The translations under genes and the position numbers were made by a program. Source: an uncultured delta proteobacterium (lineage in GTDB: Bacteria; Myxococcota; UBA727; VGSZ01). From it: DNA of 64,000 nucleotides. The first letter of the stretch is position 1; every line of letters begins with the position of its first letter. The notes under the pieces are model-generated. The model ran no database searches. It was not told the DNA's origin and saw only the letters and a program-made list of their open reading frames with translations. This document shows, one piece after another, positions 18,737 through 33,450 of the stretch. The stretch is taken from the NCBI GenBank assembly GCA_963775425.1, contig CAVZJB010000005.1, forward strand, positions 384,001 to 448,000, written 5' to 3'.

Positions 18737-19213
18737 TCAGCCCACGAACGACACGAGGGCGGCGCCGAGGGCGGCGGCGAGGACGACGAGGCCGACGACG
18801 TCGCCGGGGCGCACGCCGCGCCGGGGGGTTCCGGCGGTGACGGCGACGAGCGAGGCGTCCGCGAGCGCGCGCGGGGGAGCGGCGACGGGGGCGGCGGGCT
18901 CGGTGAGCTCCTTGTGCTTGAGGCCGTCGAAGAACAGCCACCGGCAGCGGGCGCAGGACCACGCGGCGACGCCGTGGCACAGGACCGGCGAGAGCGCGCG
19001 CGCGCACGAGGGGCACGGCAGCGTCGCAGCGGTGGACGAGTACACCGGCGAGAGCGCGGCGCGCCCCATGTCGGGCAGGCAGCCGTCCGCCCAGGAGCGC
19101 GCCACGAGCAGGCCGCCGCAGCCGCGGCAGGCGGTGCCGTCGGGATCGTCGGCGAGGGCTTCGCCGCAGCGGGGGCAGGAGATCGCGGGCAGCGCGACGG
19201 GCGCAGGCAGCAT
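18737..19213 (-). CDS. zinc-ribbon (zf-TFIIB-like) membrane-anchored protein
   Basis: Four CxxC pairs (CPRC, CRGC, CPSC, CARC..WLFFD), C-terminal TM helix. Confidence 0.65.
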   Translation of the reverse strand: MLPAPVALPAISCPRCGEALADDPDGTACRGCGGLLVARSWADGCLPDMGRAALSPVYSSTAATLPCPSCARALSPVLCHGVAAWSCARCRWLFFDGLKHKELTEPAAPVAAPPRALADASLVAVTAGTPRRGVRPGDVVGLVVLAAALGAALVSFVG

Positions 19214-19439
19214 GCTCTCCGGTATTCACGCTCCGTGCCGCCCACGTTGACGCGCGCGCCACCCCGCAAGGCGCGGCGCGGCGCGACGGACCCGGTCTGC
19301 CCCGGCGCCACGCATACACGCCGCGTGTCCGGGCGGACACACGCTTTTGACGATCCCCGTCGTCGTCGGCTTCGCCGAGCGCCGATCAAAGGGTGACGAG
19401 GGCTGGCCCGATGGACCGTTGATCCGAGCCACCCGGAAG

Positions 19440-19780
19440 GGGACGGCGGAGCGGAAAGGAGCTCCGCGCTCGGCGACGACGGACAAGGACGCGCGCGTGA
19501 TGAAGATGGCCGACGGCGGCTTCCGGCCTGCGTACGACATCCAGCTCGGCGTCGTACGGAAGAAGACCGGCGGACCTCGGTCCATCGTCGGCGTGCGCGT
19601 CACGAACGTCGGCAGCGACATGCGCAGCGTCCTGCCTATGCAAGACGACGTCGTCCGTCGTCTCGGCCGCGCGCCTTCCGTGGTGCTCGCCGACGCGAAC
19701 CACACTAACCGCGACGACGTCAAGGAGCTCGATCGCCGCGGGATCCTGCCCGTGATCCCGCCACCTCGGCCGCGCGGGGC
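19440..19780 (+). mobile_element. IS1182-family transposase fragment (remnant)
   Basis: TTDKDARVMKMADGGFRPAYDIQL...IVGVRVTNVGSD...VLADANH resembles the IS1182 DDE core; both ends missing; boundaries approximate. Confidence 0.7.
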
Positions 19781-19890
19781 CGGCAATCGCCACAACCTGC
19801 AGCGGTTCTTGCGCGCCGACGTGCCTCGCCACGTACTCCGCGCGGCGAGCCACCTTGTGGGCGGCTTCGCCGAGTGCTGCTACGAGCCTT

Positions 19891-20541
19891 TCAGCGCAGG
19901 GCGAGCCCGATCGGGCAGCTCACGCCGGTTCCGCCGAGGCCGCAGTAGCCGTCGGGGTTCTTGTGCAGGTACTGCTGGTGGTAGTCCTCAGCGTAATAAA
20001 ACGCGGGCGCGGCCTTGATCTCCGTCGTCACCACGCCGTGCCCCGCGCCCTTGAGCGCTTCGCCGTACGCCTTGGCCGACGCGATGGCGCGCTCCTTCTG
20101 ATCATCGCCGGAGGTGTAGATGGCGGAGCGGTATTGGGTGCCGACGTCGTTGCCCTGGCGCATCCCCTGCGTGGGATCGTGGTTCTCCCAGAACACCTTC
20201 AACAGCGTGTCGACGTCGACCTTCTTCGGGTCGTAGACGACGAGCACCACCTCGGTGTGACCCGTCTTCCCCGTGCAGACCTCTTCGTAGCTGGGGTTCG
20301 GCGTGAAGCCGCCCGCGTAGCCGACGGCCGTGGTCCACACGCCGGGCACCTGCCAGAGCTTCTTCTCCGCGCCCCAGAAGCAGCCCATGCCCAGCACGAG
20401 CCGCTCGAGGCCGTCCGGGAAGGGCGGCTCCATCGCGTTGCCGAGCACGGCGTGCGCGGCGGCGACGCGCATCTTGTTGGCGCGCCCCGGCAGCGCTTCC
20501 TTTTCCGTCGGCAGCTCCAGCTTCTTCGTCGAGAACCACAT
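19891..20541 (-). CDS. msrA: peptide-methionine (S)-S-oxide reductase
   Basis: [48 protein letters not shown]. Confidence 0.97.
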   Translation of the reverse strand: MWFSTKKLELPTEKEALPGRANKMRVAAAHAVLGNAMEPPFPDGLERLVLGMGCFWGAEKKLWQVPGVWTTAVGYAGGFTPNPSYEEVCTGKTGHTEVVLVVYDPKKVDVDTLLKVFWENHDPTQGMRQGNDVGTQYRSAIYTSGDDQKERAIASAKAYGEALKGAGHGVVTTEIKAAPAFYYAEDYHQQYLHKNPDGYCGLGGTGVSCPIGLALR

Positions 20542-20565
20542 GGCGATCACCCCGTGGGCGTCACT

Positions 20566-23232
20566 CTAGCGAGCCGGAAATAGTTTGCGCGCGCTTTCCT
20601 CATGCACGGCCTTCTTCGCCACACAAAGACGCACGGACTCGAGCGTGATGGCGAGCGCGCGTTCCATTCCGGGCGTCTTGTGCTTCTTCGGCTCGAAGAA
20701 GGCCTCGAGCTCCTTGGCCTTTTCCTCGCTGCAGTAGCCGGAGAAGAGGCCGGGGACGCGCGCGCCGCCGAACTCCTCGGGGAGACGCTTCATCAACGCG
20801 GCGTAGTGCGACGGGAGCCACGCCCACACGGCGTCGCGGGTGCGGAAGTCGGACGCCTGGCCGTGAAGTGGGTTGATGACCTCGTTGATCTTCAGACGCG
20901 GATCGAGCGTGAGGTCGCGGGCCTTTTTCCCCAGCGTCGGATCGTTCGTGGAGCCGAGCGCGCCGAGCAGGTAGCCGCGCGTGAGGCTGTCCGTCTCCGT
21001 CGACAAGCGGCGCGCGGCGTCGTCCCACGCCGCGGCGCCGCCGGTCCTCACCGCGCAGGAGATCGCCAGGCCGGCGAGGTCGCCCGGCACCTTGTCGAGG
21101 TCGACCTTGCCCTTGCCGAGCACGGGGCGGCCGAGCTTGGCGAGGGCCTCGATGGTCGCGGGATCCTCGGCGGTGCCGACGAGGACGCCGAGCGCGAGCG
21201 TGCGGCGCTGGCGCACGCGCGGATCTTCGCCGGCCTTGGGGACGAGGCCGACCGCGTCGAGGACGGGCCGGTACAGCTCCGCCACCTTCTTTTGCACCTT
21301 GGCGCGCGCGGCCGGCAGCACGAGGTCGCTCCACGCGAAGACGAGCAGCGACTGCGGCGTGAGGATGACGTCGGGCTCCTCGTCGGTGGCGAGGGGGACG
21401 GACGCGTCGAGGGCGTCTGCGAAGCTCACCTTGCCGGTGTTGAAGCCCGCGCGCACGGCGTTGCCGAAGCTGATGCGCTCGCCCGGCGTCAGCGCCTTCA
21501 ACCTCGACGACAGCGCGCGGAGCTGATCGCCCGGCAACGACCAGCGGTAGTAACCGCGGCCGTCCTCGTTCGGGTGCAGGAAGCGCGGGCACGCGCCCTT
21601 CAACGCGAGGCTGCCGCGGGCCGCCGTGAGGAGCGTGCACGCCGACGCCTGCTTGTCGGTGCGCACGCACACGGGGATCTGCCAGGTCTTGTTGCGGTCG
21701 CCGGTGGAGCCCACGGGGAGGAAGCGCGACTGCGCGAGCTCCACGCGAGCGCCCTTCTTGTCGCAGACGAGCTTGGCCTCGACGAAGGGGACGCCGGGCT
21801 GATCGAGGAACGTCGCGAACGGCGTGGCGACGTCCTTGCCCGCGGCCTTGGACAGCGCGGCGAGGAGGTCGGCGGCGGTGGCGGTGCCGTCGGCCTTTTC
21901 CTTCAGGTAGTCGCGCACGCCCTGCTGGAAGTGGTCGGGGCCGATCCAGGCTTCGAACATGGCGATGACGGAGGCGCCCTTGTTGTAGGTGATGCCGTCG
22001 AAGGCGTTGATGATGTCGTTCTTGCTGACGACGGGCTGGCGGATCTGGCGGGCGGACACGAGGCTGTCGGCGCCGGTGACCCAGTCGAGGCCGGAGCGCT
22101 GCTCGGTGCGCGCGTGGAATTGCGGGCGGATCTCCTCGACGACGTGCGACTCCATCCAGGTGGCGAAGGCCTCGTTCAGCCAGATGTCGTCCCACCACGC
22201 GAGCGTGACCAGGTCGCCGAACCACTGGTGCGCGAATTCGTGGGCGATGACGTAGACGTTGCCCTTCTGCAGACCGATGGGGCTCTTGTCGTCGACGTAG
22301 AGCAGGTTGTCGCGGAAGGTGACGAGCCCCGCGTTCTCCATGGCGCCGGCGGCGAAGTCGGGGACGGCGACGATGTCCATCTTGCCGAACGGGTAGCCGA
22401 CGCCGAAGTACTTCTCGAGCGCCGCGAGCGACTCCGCAGCGACGTCGAGCGAGCGCGCCATCTGCTTGCCGTGGCCGTGGGGAGCGATGCCGCGGATGGG
22501 CAGCGGCGCCTTGCGCACCGCCGTGGGCGGCAGCGTCTTGCCGGTGACGACGTCGAGCGGGCCGACCGCGAAGGCCACGAGGTACATCGGCAGCGGCCTC
22601 GTCTTCTCGAAGGTCACGCGCTCGCGGCCCTTCACCTTCTCGCGCTTGAGCTCCGGCGTGTTGGACACGACGACGTCGCCCTTGTCGTGCGCGATGGAGA
22701 GCGAAAACGGCGTCTTGAGCCCGGGCTCGTCGAAGCAGGGCAGCGAGTCGCGCGCGGAGATGGCCTCGAACTGCGTGAACACGTAGGGGCGGCCCTCGTG
22801 CACCACCTTGTAGATGCCCTCGAGCGACGCGTTGTACTTCGCGCTCCACGCGATGACGACGTCGACGTCGCCGGGGCCCACGGGCGCGGGCAGCGACAGC
22901 CGCGACATGCCGTCGGCGTCGACCTGCTTGTACGTCGCCGCCTTGCCCGCGACGGAGGCGCGCTTCACGTCGAGGCCGCGCCCGTGCAGCCAGAGGGCGC
23001 GCACCGCCTTGTCGAGGTGGACGCGGATGGTCTCCTCGCCGGAGAAGCCGTCCTTGTGCGGATCGACGTCGAGCGAGATGCGGTACTCGAGCGGGCGCTG
23101 TCCCGCGGGCAGGCGGAAAGCGGGGCTGTCGTCGCCGCCGCCGTCGAGGGCGTGGGCGGCGCCGCCCGCGCAAAAGAGCCCGGCGAGGGCGAGGGCGACC
23201 GGCGTGTGAAGGCGGGGACGGTAGGTGCGCAT
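20566..23232 (-). CDS. M1 family aminopeptidase with ERAP1-like C-terminal domain, secreted
   Basis: Signal peptide; GAMEN exopeptidase motif; HEFAH-x18-E zinc motif. Confidence 0.93.
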   Translation of the reverse strand: MRTYRPRLHTPVALALAGLFCAGGAAHALDGGGDDSPAFRLPAGQRPLEYRISLDVDPHKDGFSGEETIRVHLDKAVRALWLHGRGLDVKRASVAGKAATYKQVDADGMSRLSLPAPVGPGDVDVVIAWSAKYNASLEGIYKVVHEGRPYVFTQFEAISARDSLPCFDEPGLKTPFSLSIAHDKGDVVVSNTPELKREKVKGRERVTFEKTRPLPMYLVAFAVGPLDVVTGKTLPPTAVRKAPLPIRGIAPHGHGKQMARSLDVAAESLAALEKYFGVGYPFGKMDIVAVPDFAAGAMENAGLVTFRDNLLYVDDKSPIGLQKGNVYVIAHEFAHQWFGDLVTLAWWDDIWLNEAFATWMESHVVEEIRPQFHARTEQRSGLDWVTGADSLVSARQIRQPVVSKNDIINAFDGITYNKGASVIAMFEAWIGPDHFQQGVRDYLKEKADGTATAADLLAALSKAAGKDVATPFATFLDQPGVPFVEAKLVCDKKGARVELAQSRFLPVGSTGDRNKTWQIPVCVRTDKQASACTLLTAARGSLALKGACPRFLHPNEDGRGYYRWSLPGDQLRALSSRLKALTPGERISFGNAVRAGFNTGKVSFADALDASVPLATDEEPDVILTPQSLLVFAWSDLVLPAARAKVQKKVAELYRPVLDAVGLVPKAGEDPRVRQRRTLALGVLVGTAEDPATIEALAKLGRPVLGKGKVDLDKVPGDLAGLAISCAVRTGGAAAWDDAARRLSTETDSLTRGYLLGALGSTNDPTLGKKARDLTLDPRLKINEVINPLHGQASDFRTRDAVWAWLPSHYAALMKRLPEEFGGARVPGLFSGYCSEEKAKELEAFFEPKKHKTPGMERALAITLESVRLCVAKKAVHEESARKLFPAR

Positions 23233-23284
23233 ACGGCCCGGTAGCCGAACGCGCGCGAGGAGAAAATCCTGTCTTCCGCCGGCG

Positions 23285-24097
23285 TCAGTCGCCGCCGCCG
23301 CAGGGTTGGGCGCTGTTGCCGCCCTGGTCGTCGACGGTGGTGCCGCCGCGGTTGGCGAGCGAGCTCACGGCGCAGGCGCGCAGCACGGGGTTGTCCTTGA
23401 TCTGCACACCGCCGGGGCTCACGCCGATGAGCGTGAGCCCCTGGAAGGAATTCGACACGCTCGAGAGCGCGGCGTTGTTGCGGAAGATCATGGCGCCGCC
23501 GACGTGGCCGACGGCGCCGAAGCCGCGCAGGCTCTGGACATCGCTGCCATCGACGACGACGTCGCCCTCGACGGCGCCGAGCGAGACCATCTGTGAGGTG
23601 GAGCTGACGCCGGCTCCGAGGCGGAGCGAGCCACCGACGACGGCGACGGCCTGGAGCCCCGACAGATCCTGCTGGGCGATGTCATCCACGGACAGGTCGC
23701 CGTCGACGGTGACGAGGCTCGCGAGCGGCGCGAGCGAGGTGATGTCCTCCCCATGGATGACGAGGTCGCCGAAGACGTGGGGGCAGCCGGTGAGCGCGTC
23801 GACGTCGCCCTGGCCGCTGGCGTCGACGTCGCCGTTGGGGCAGCCGTCGCCCTCTCCTTCGCCCTCGCCCTCGCCCTCTCCTTCGCCTTCGCCCTCGCCT
23901 TCGCCTTCGCCCTCGCCTTCGCCTTCTCCTTCGCCCTCTCCTTCGCCTTCGCCGGGGTGCGAGGTGCAGATGTCGTCGACGCAGGTGAAGCCGTCGACGC
24001 AGGCGTGGTCGGCGTCGCAGCGCAGGCCTTCGAGGTCCACGGTGCATCCGAGGAGCGGGGCGAGCCCGGAGGCGATGATCGCGACAGCCTTCCGCAC
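23285..24097 (-). CDS. lipoprotein with Cys-rich N-terminus, poly-(Gly-Glu) linker and receptor-L-domain-like repeats
   Basis: LLGC lipobox; long (GE)n run; L..L..V.G.L repeats. Confidence 0.7.
   Translation of the reverse strand: MRKAVAIIASGLAPLLGCTVDLEGLRCDADHACVDGFTCVDDICTSHPGEGEGEGEGEGEGEGEGEGEGEGEGEGEGEGEGEGDGCPNGDVDASGQGDVDALTGCPHVFGDLVIHGEDITSLAPLASLVTVDGDLSVDDIAQQDLSGLQAVAVVGGSLRLGAGVSSTSQMVSLGAVEGDVVVDGSDVQSLRGFGAVGHVGGAMIFRNNAALSSVSNSFQGLTLIGVSPGGVQIKDNPVLRACAVSSLANRGGTTVDDQGGNSAQPCGGGD
23850..23955 (-). repeat. hexanucleotide tandem repeat encoding (Gly-Glu)n
   Basis: (TTCGCC/CTCGCC/CTCTCC)n on the + strand, inside the CDS. Confidence 0.85.
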
Positions 24098-24202
24098 ACC
24101 CCGAGCTTCCCACTTTCTTCGGAGGCCGCACGAACTGTCTCGGATCCGGGGCCCACGGATCAGGGCCGCCGGGGTGCCCCGCTCCGCGAGCGGAGCGCCT
24201 CG

Positions 24203-25723
24203 TCAGCCGGGGCGCGCGCGGAAGGGATGCACCGGCTGCTCTTTGCCCTTCACCGTGATCGGCTCGAGCGCCTCCGTCGCCACCGTGTCCGGCAGCGCCT
24301 TGGCCGTGGCCTCGCTCACGACGACCTCGCCGGCCTTGGCCTGGCTCGTCAGGCGCGCGGAGAGGTTCACCGTGTCGCCGATGACCGTGTACTCCATCTG
24401 CCGCGCGGACCCGACGTTGCCGCAGACCATCGGACCCGTGGCGACGCCCACGCCGACCTTGAGCGCGCCGATCTCGGGGAACGCTCCCTCGGCGTTCATC
24501 TTCGCCACCTCGTCCTGCAGCGCGAGCGCGCAACGGGTGGCGCGCTCGGCGTGGTCCGGTTGATCGACGGGCCCGTTGAACACGACGACGACGGCGTCGC
24601 CGACGAACTTGTTGAGGTATCCGCCCTGCGTGTCGATCACCGGAACCACGCGGGCGAAGTAACGGTTGAGGAGGTCCACCACTTGCGCCGGCGAGAGCTT
24701 CTCGCTCATCGACGTGAAGCCGCGGATGTCGGCGAAGAACACGCTCGCGTCACGCAAGGACGGCGGCAGCGCGGCGTCGCCGTGTTGCGCACGGATGCGC
24801 TCGAGGACCTGCTGCGAGACATAGACGCCGAAGGCGCGCTCCATCCGCTCGGCGAGCGTGAGCGCCTCGAGCATGGCGTTGAAGCGCCGGGTCATGTCCA
24901 GGAGCTCCTTGGAGCCGCCCTCCTCCACACGCACGTCGCGGGCGCCGTTGGCGACCTCGTCGAAGGCGAGCGAGAGCGGGTGGATGCGCTCCATGACGGC
25001 GGCCGCGAGCTTGCCGGTGGCCGACCACAGCGCGGGCAGCGCGAGGACCAGCGTGAAGCCCAGCGTGACGACGACGACGAGGCCGGGGTGCTCGAGGAGC
25101 TGGTGCGCGCGCCGCTCGATCTCCTCGGGGGACAGCGGCGTGCCCTCGAGGCGGAGGTTCGGGTGCACGCCGCCGGCCGCGACGCGGGCCACGGTCTCCA
25201 CCGCGAGCGCCGACACGCCGGCGGCGAGCGCGAGCAGGAGCAGGAGCAGGGAGAGCACCGCGAGCTGCACGCGGCGCGCGAAGCCGGGCACGAGCGCGCT
25301 GATGACGACGTCGATGATCACCACCGGCAGGGTCCCCGCCACCGCGCCGAACCACCACAGCCCGCCCATGGCGCCGGCCGCGACGGTCCAGTCGGTGAAC
25401 CCCAGGAACGAGGGGAGCGACGTCAGGAGCGCGCCCGCGGTGACGAGGAGGACGAGGCCCACGGGGCCGAGCAGGAGGGCCGCTGCGAGGCGCAGGGCGA
25501 CGGAGCGCGGGGCGAGCGCGAGATAGACGCGCGCCTCCGCGCGCGACGCGAGCACGCATGCGGCCACGGCGGCGGCGGCGGAGGACAGGTCGGCGAGGGT
25601 CTTGAGCGCGGCGGCGTCGACGGAGGCGTGCACGGCGTTCAGCACGAGGGCGGCGGCGAACGCGAAGGCCGTCCAGCGCGGCCACTTGGGGAGGGGGCGG
25701 GTGGCGGGGGTGAGGACGCGCAT
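24203..25723 (-). CDS. membrane-bound class III adenylate/guanylate cyclase with HAMP domain
   Basis: FADIRGFT, LNKFVGD, YTVIGDTVNLSARL; ~6 N-terminal TM segments, HAMP linker; Lys of NKF suggests ATP specificity. Confidence 0.9.
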   Translation of the reverse strand: MRVLTPATRPLPKWPRWTAFAFAAALVLNAVHASVDAAALKTLADLSSAAAAVAACVLASRAEARVYLALAPRSVALRLAAALLLGPVGLVLLVTAGALLTSLPSFLGFTDWTVAAGAMGGLWWFGAVAGTLPVVIIDVVISALVPGFARRVQLAVLSLLLLLLALAAGVSALAVETVARVAAGGVHPNLRLEGTPLSPEEIERRAHQLLEHPGLVVVVTLGFTLVLALPALWSATGKLAAAVMERIHPLSLAFDEVANGARDVRVEEGGSKELLDMTRRFNAMLEALTLAERMERAFGVYVSQQVLERIRAQHGDAALPPSLRDASVFFADIRGFTSMSEKLSPAQVVDLLNRYFARVVPVIDTQGGYLNKFVGDAVVVVFNGPVDQPDHAERATRCALALQDEVAKMNAEGAFPEIGALKVGVGVATGPMVCGNVGSARQMEYTVIGDTVNLSARLTSQAKAGEVVVSEATAKALPDTVATEALEPITVKGKEQPVHPFRARPG

Positions 25724-25780
25724 GGCCCGACGCTAGCGCGCGTCACGTTTGGATGCGCGGGAGTGCGCTAGGGTCGGCCC

Positions 25781-26773
25781 GTGAAGATCGACGTGCACAC
25801 GCATTTGTTGCCGCGAGACATCCCGCGCTGGGCCGAGAAATTCGGCAGCGGGGGCTTCATCACGCTCGAGCACATCCCGGGGACCTGCCGCGCGCGCATG
25901 ATGCGCGACGACGGCACCTTCTTCCGCGAGATCGAGGACAACTGTTGGGACGCGGACGCGCGCCTGCGGGACTGCGACAGGGACGGCGTCGACGTGCAGG
26001 TGCTGTCGACGGTGCCGGTGATGTTTTCGTATTGGGCCAAGCCCGCCCACGGCAACGACGTCGCCCGCTTCTTGAACGATCACCTCGCCGACTTTTGCCG
26101 CAAGCACCCGGCGCGCTTCGTGGGGCTCGGCACGCTGCCGCTGCAGGACCCGGCGCTCGCCGTCGTCGAGCTCGAGCGCTGCGTGAAGGTGCTCGGGCTC
26201 AAGGGCGTGCAGGTGGGCTCCCACGTCGAGGATTGGAACCTCAGCGACCCCGCGCTCTTCCCGGTGTTCGCCGCCGCCGAGCGCCTGGGCGCCGCGGTGT
26301 TCGTGCACCCGTGGGACATGATGGGCATGAAGCGCATGCAGAGGTACTGGCTGCCGTGGCTCGTGGGCATGCCGGCCGAGTCGAGCCTCGCCATCTGCTC
26401 GATGATCTTCGGTGGCGTCTTCGAGCGGCTGCCGGCCCTGCGCGTGTTGTTCGCGCACGGCGGCGGCTCGTTCGCCGGCACCGTCGGCCGCATCCAGCAC
26501 GGCTTCGACTGCCGCCCCGACCTCGTCGCCGTCGACAATGCAAAGCCGCCGCGCGACTACCTGGGCCGCTTCTACGTCGACTCGCTCGTGCACGACGCCG
26601 CCGCGCTGCGCTTCATCCTCGAGGTGTTCGGCGAGGACTTCGTGTGCCTCGGCAGCGACTACCCGTTCCCCCTCGGCGAGGCGCACCCCGGCGCGCTCGT
26701 CGAGGGCGTCGCCGCCCTGCCGCGCGCGAAGCTGCTGGCTGAAAACGCACGGCGTTGGTTGGCGCTGATATAG
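25781..26773 (+). CDS. amidohydrolase family 2, 2-amino-3-carboxymuconate-6-semialdehyde decarboxylase (ACMSD)-like
   Basis: IDVHTH, FVHPWDMMG, YWLPWLVGMPAE, AHGGGSF, GSDYPFPLGE. Confidence 0.85.
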   Translation: MKIDVHTHLLPRDIPRWAEKFGSGGFITLEHIPGTCRARMMRDDGTFFREIEDNCWDADARLRDCDRDGVDVQVLSTVPVMFSYWAKPAHGNDVARFLNDHLADFCRKHPARFVGLGTLPLQDPALAVVELERCVKVLGLKGVQVGSHVEDWNLSDPALFPVFAAAERLGAAVFVHPWDMMGMKRMQRYWLPWLVGMPAESSLAICSMIFGGVFERLPALRVLFAHGGGSFAGTVGRIQHGFDCRPDLVAVDNAKPPRDYLGRFYVDSLVHDAAALRFILEVFGEDFVCLGSDYPFPLGEAHPGALVEGVAALPRAKLLAENARRWLALI

Positions 26774-26781
26774 TTGGTGCC

Positions 26782-27312
26782 ATGAACATCCTGGTCATCG
26801 CCGCCGTTCTCGCAGCGGGCGCGCCGGCAGCGGACGACTTCATCACCAGGGCGAAGGGGAAGATCGCCATCTCCACCGAGGACCTGCCCACCGCGGCTGC
26901 GGACATGGAGCGGCTCCTCAAGCCGGCGGTGCACAAGACCAGCCCGTACCGCGTGGAGGGGGACAACTCCTGGTCGGTGAACCTCGTCGCCGTGCTCAAG
27001 AAAGAGGCCCGCGGCGCGGTGCACGTCGTCTTCTATGACAAGGACGACAAGGCGGCGCTCCACAAGCACGCGCCGGTGCGCGCCATCGAGGTCAACCCGG
27101 CCGCGCACAACAAGCTGCTGCAGGTGCCGCAGATCGAATTCAACGCCGACCAGGGCTTCGTCCCCGGCAAGACGTACATCGTGCGGGTCACGGAGCTCGA
27201 CCACAATCACGAGGTCGTCCTCGCCGAGACCTTGTTGACGCTCACCAAGGCCAAGCACGCCGCCGCCGCCACGCCGAAAGACAGCGGCGACGACGACGAC
27301 TTCCCGCAGTAG
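26782..27312 (+). CDS. hypothetical secreted protein
   Basis: Signal peptide MNILVIAAVLAAG; beta-rich soluble domain; codon-plausible. Confidence 0.65.
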   Translation: MNILVIAAVLAAGAPAADDFITRAKGKIAISTEDLPTAAADMERLLKPAVHKTSPYRVEGDNSWSVNLVAVLKKEARGAVHVVFYDKDDKAALHKHAPVRAIEVNPAAHNKLLQVPQIEFNADQGFVPGKTYIVRVTELDHNHEVVLAETLLTLTKAKHAAAATPKDSGDDDDFPQ

Positions 27313-27429
27313 GCGGCGCCACCGCGCACACGCCGCCGGCAGCGCGCGGCGGTCCGCCGGGCTGTCGCGCCGATCGCCCGCGCTGGCATGAGCGGTGCTT
27401 CTCTTCCTCCTCGTGCGTCGGAGGCACCC

Positions 27430-27891
27430 ATGAGGAAGAGCCGTTTCACCCTCGACGGCGCGCTGTGGTTGGCGCAGTGCGTGGTCGCCTTCACCTACTT
27501 CTGGGTCGGCGCGGTGCGCCTGATGACCCCGATCACCGCGCTCGAGCCGCGCATCGGCTGGGTGCGCGATCTCGCAGCGCAGACCCCGCTGCGCGTCGTG
27601 GGGAGCCTCGAGCTCCTGCTCGCGCTCGGCGTGCTCATTCCGGCGATGACGCGCTTTCAACCGGTGATCACGCCCATCTGTGCCGGCTTGCTCGCCGTCC
27701 TGGCCGCCGTCTCCGCGATGGTGCACGGCTTCGAGGGCGAGTGGGTGCGCGTGGGGACGTCGTCCGCGCTGTGCCTGCTCTCGGTGTTCGTCGCCTGGGG
27801 CCGCGGCTTCGCCGTGCAGATCCCCAAGCGGCCGCCGGGCGCGGTGAGCGACGAGGACAACCTCATCCCCGCGCCCGGCCTGCAGGGGTGA
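27430..27891 (+). CDS. DoxX family membrane protein
   Basis: GGAGG RBS; LWLAQ...GSLELLLALGVLIP...AMVH...FVAWGR. Confidence 0.8.
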   Translation: MRKSRFTLDGALWLAQCVVAFTYFWVGAVRLMTPITALEPRIGWVRDLAAQTPLRVVGSLELLLALGVLIPAMTRFQPVITPICAGLLAVLAAVSAMVHGFEGEWVRVGTSSALCLLSVFVAWGRGFAVQIPKRPPGAVSDEDNLIPAPGLQG

Positions 27892-28690
27892 GCCCGCACA
27901 AAGCTCGGCCTTCTGATTGAGGCCGAGGCAGCGATCAGCGCCGTGCGTGCCTCGGCCTCGTAGTCGGGCCCGGGCGAGTCAGGCACGCCAAGGCCGCGGT
28001 CAATGAGCAGGCATTCGCGGTGTCAATGCGCGTCGAGCGCTGCGCCACCGACGAGGATGCGCCGCCGTGCGGGGAAAGCGCGGCGACGCGTGCCCATCCG
28101 CGCGGCCGTCGTCGCGGCGTCGTCGCGGCGCCGCGTTCTTCGTCCGCCGCCGCGTGCAAGCAGCCTTGCGCCGTGCCTGACGCGGATGAGTAGCTCTCCC
28201 CAGGCAAATCGAATTCGTCGCGTGAGCGCTCGCATGGGGCGGAATTGGATTCGCATGCGCGTGCCGATCTTCTAGGGTCCGCCCTCCCGCATGGGGCCCA
28301 ACGCCACACCGGCGGCGGGCCGCGGGGCAGGGGACTCCATGGGTGCTGCGCTCCTCATCTTCGCGCTCTCGAGCGGTGTCGCCGCCGATTGCCGCGAGGG
28401 CTCGTGCTACTGGGAGGCGCAGCCGACCTGGCCCGTCGACGACCCGTCCGACGCGCTCTGCACGGGCCTCGACGGCACGCTCACCATGGGCGACGTCGTC
28501 GAGGACGGCTCGTTGTTCAGCGAGCTCGCGCTCGAGTTCATCGCCGCGCGGCAGAACCAGACCTGCGCGGCCTGGGACGGCGCCACCGAGCCCATCGCCG
28601 ACGGGCTCACGTCGTACTTCGATCCGCGCGATCCCGACGCCGTCGTCGTCGACGGAAGCGGGAGGGTGGCCACGCTCAAGGACAAGAGCG

Positions 28691-32983
<4,293 letters not shown>

Positions 32984-33450
32984 ACCGTCAACAACAACGG
33001 CACCGAGCAGTGCGACGACGGAAACACCACCGCCGGCGACGGCTGTGGCCCCACGTGCCAGACCGAATTCTGCGGCGACGGCACCGTCAACAACAACGGC
33101 ACCGAGCAGTGCGACGACGGAAACACCACCGCCGGCGACGGCTGTAGCCCCACCTGCCAGAGCGAGTTCTGCGGCGACGGCACCGTGAACAACAACGGCA
33201 TCGAGCAGTGCGACGATGGCAACACCACCGCTGGCGACGGCTGCGACGCCAACTGCCAGACCGAGTTCTGCGGCGACGGCTTCGTGAACAACAACGGCAC
33301 CGAGCAGTGCGACGACGGAAACACCACCGCCGGCGACGGCTGCGACGCCGCCTGCCAAGCCGAGTACTGCGGCGACGGCATCGTGAACAACGGTGAGGAG
33401 TGCGACGACGGAAACCAAGTCGCGGGAGACGGCTGCTCCGCGTCGTGCAT
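32984..33450 (+). repeat. 99-bp coding tandem repeat (TVNNNGTEQCDDGNTTAGDGC...EFCGDG), about 4.5 copies
   Basis: CACCGAGCAGTGCGACGACGG at 33001 and 33100; further copies near 33200 and 33300. Confidence 0.85.

Noticed and set aside
28244-28262. Possible sigma-54 promoter (GG-N10-GC) before the giant gene
   Set aside because: Spacing fits but flanking bases deviate from TGGCAC/TTGC; too weak in GC-rich DNA.
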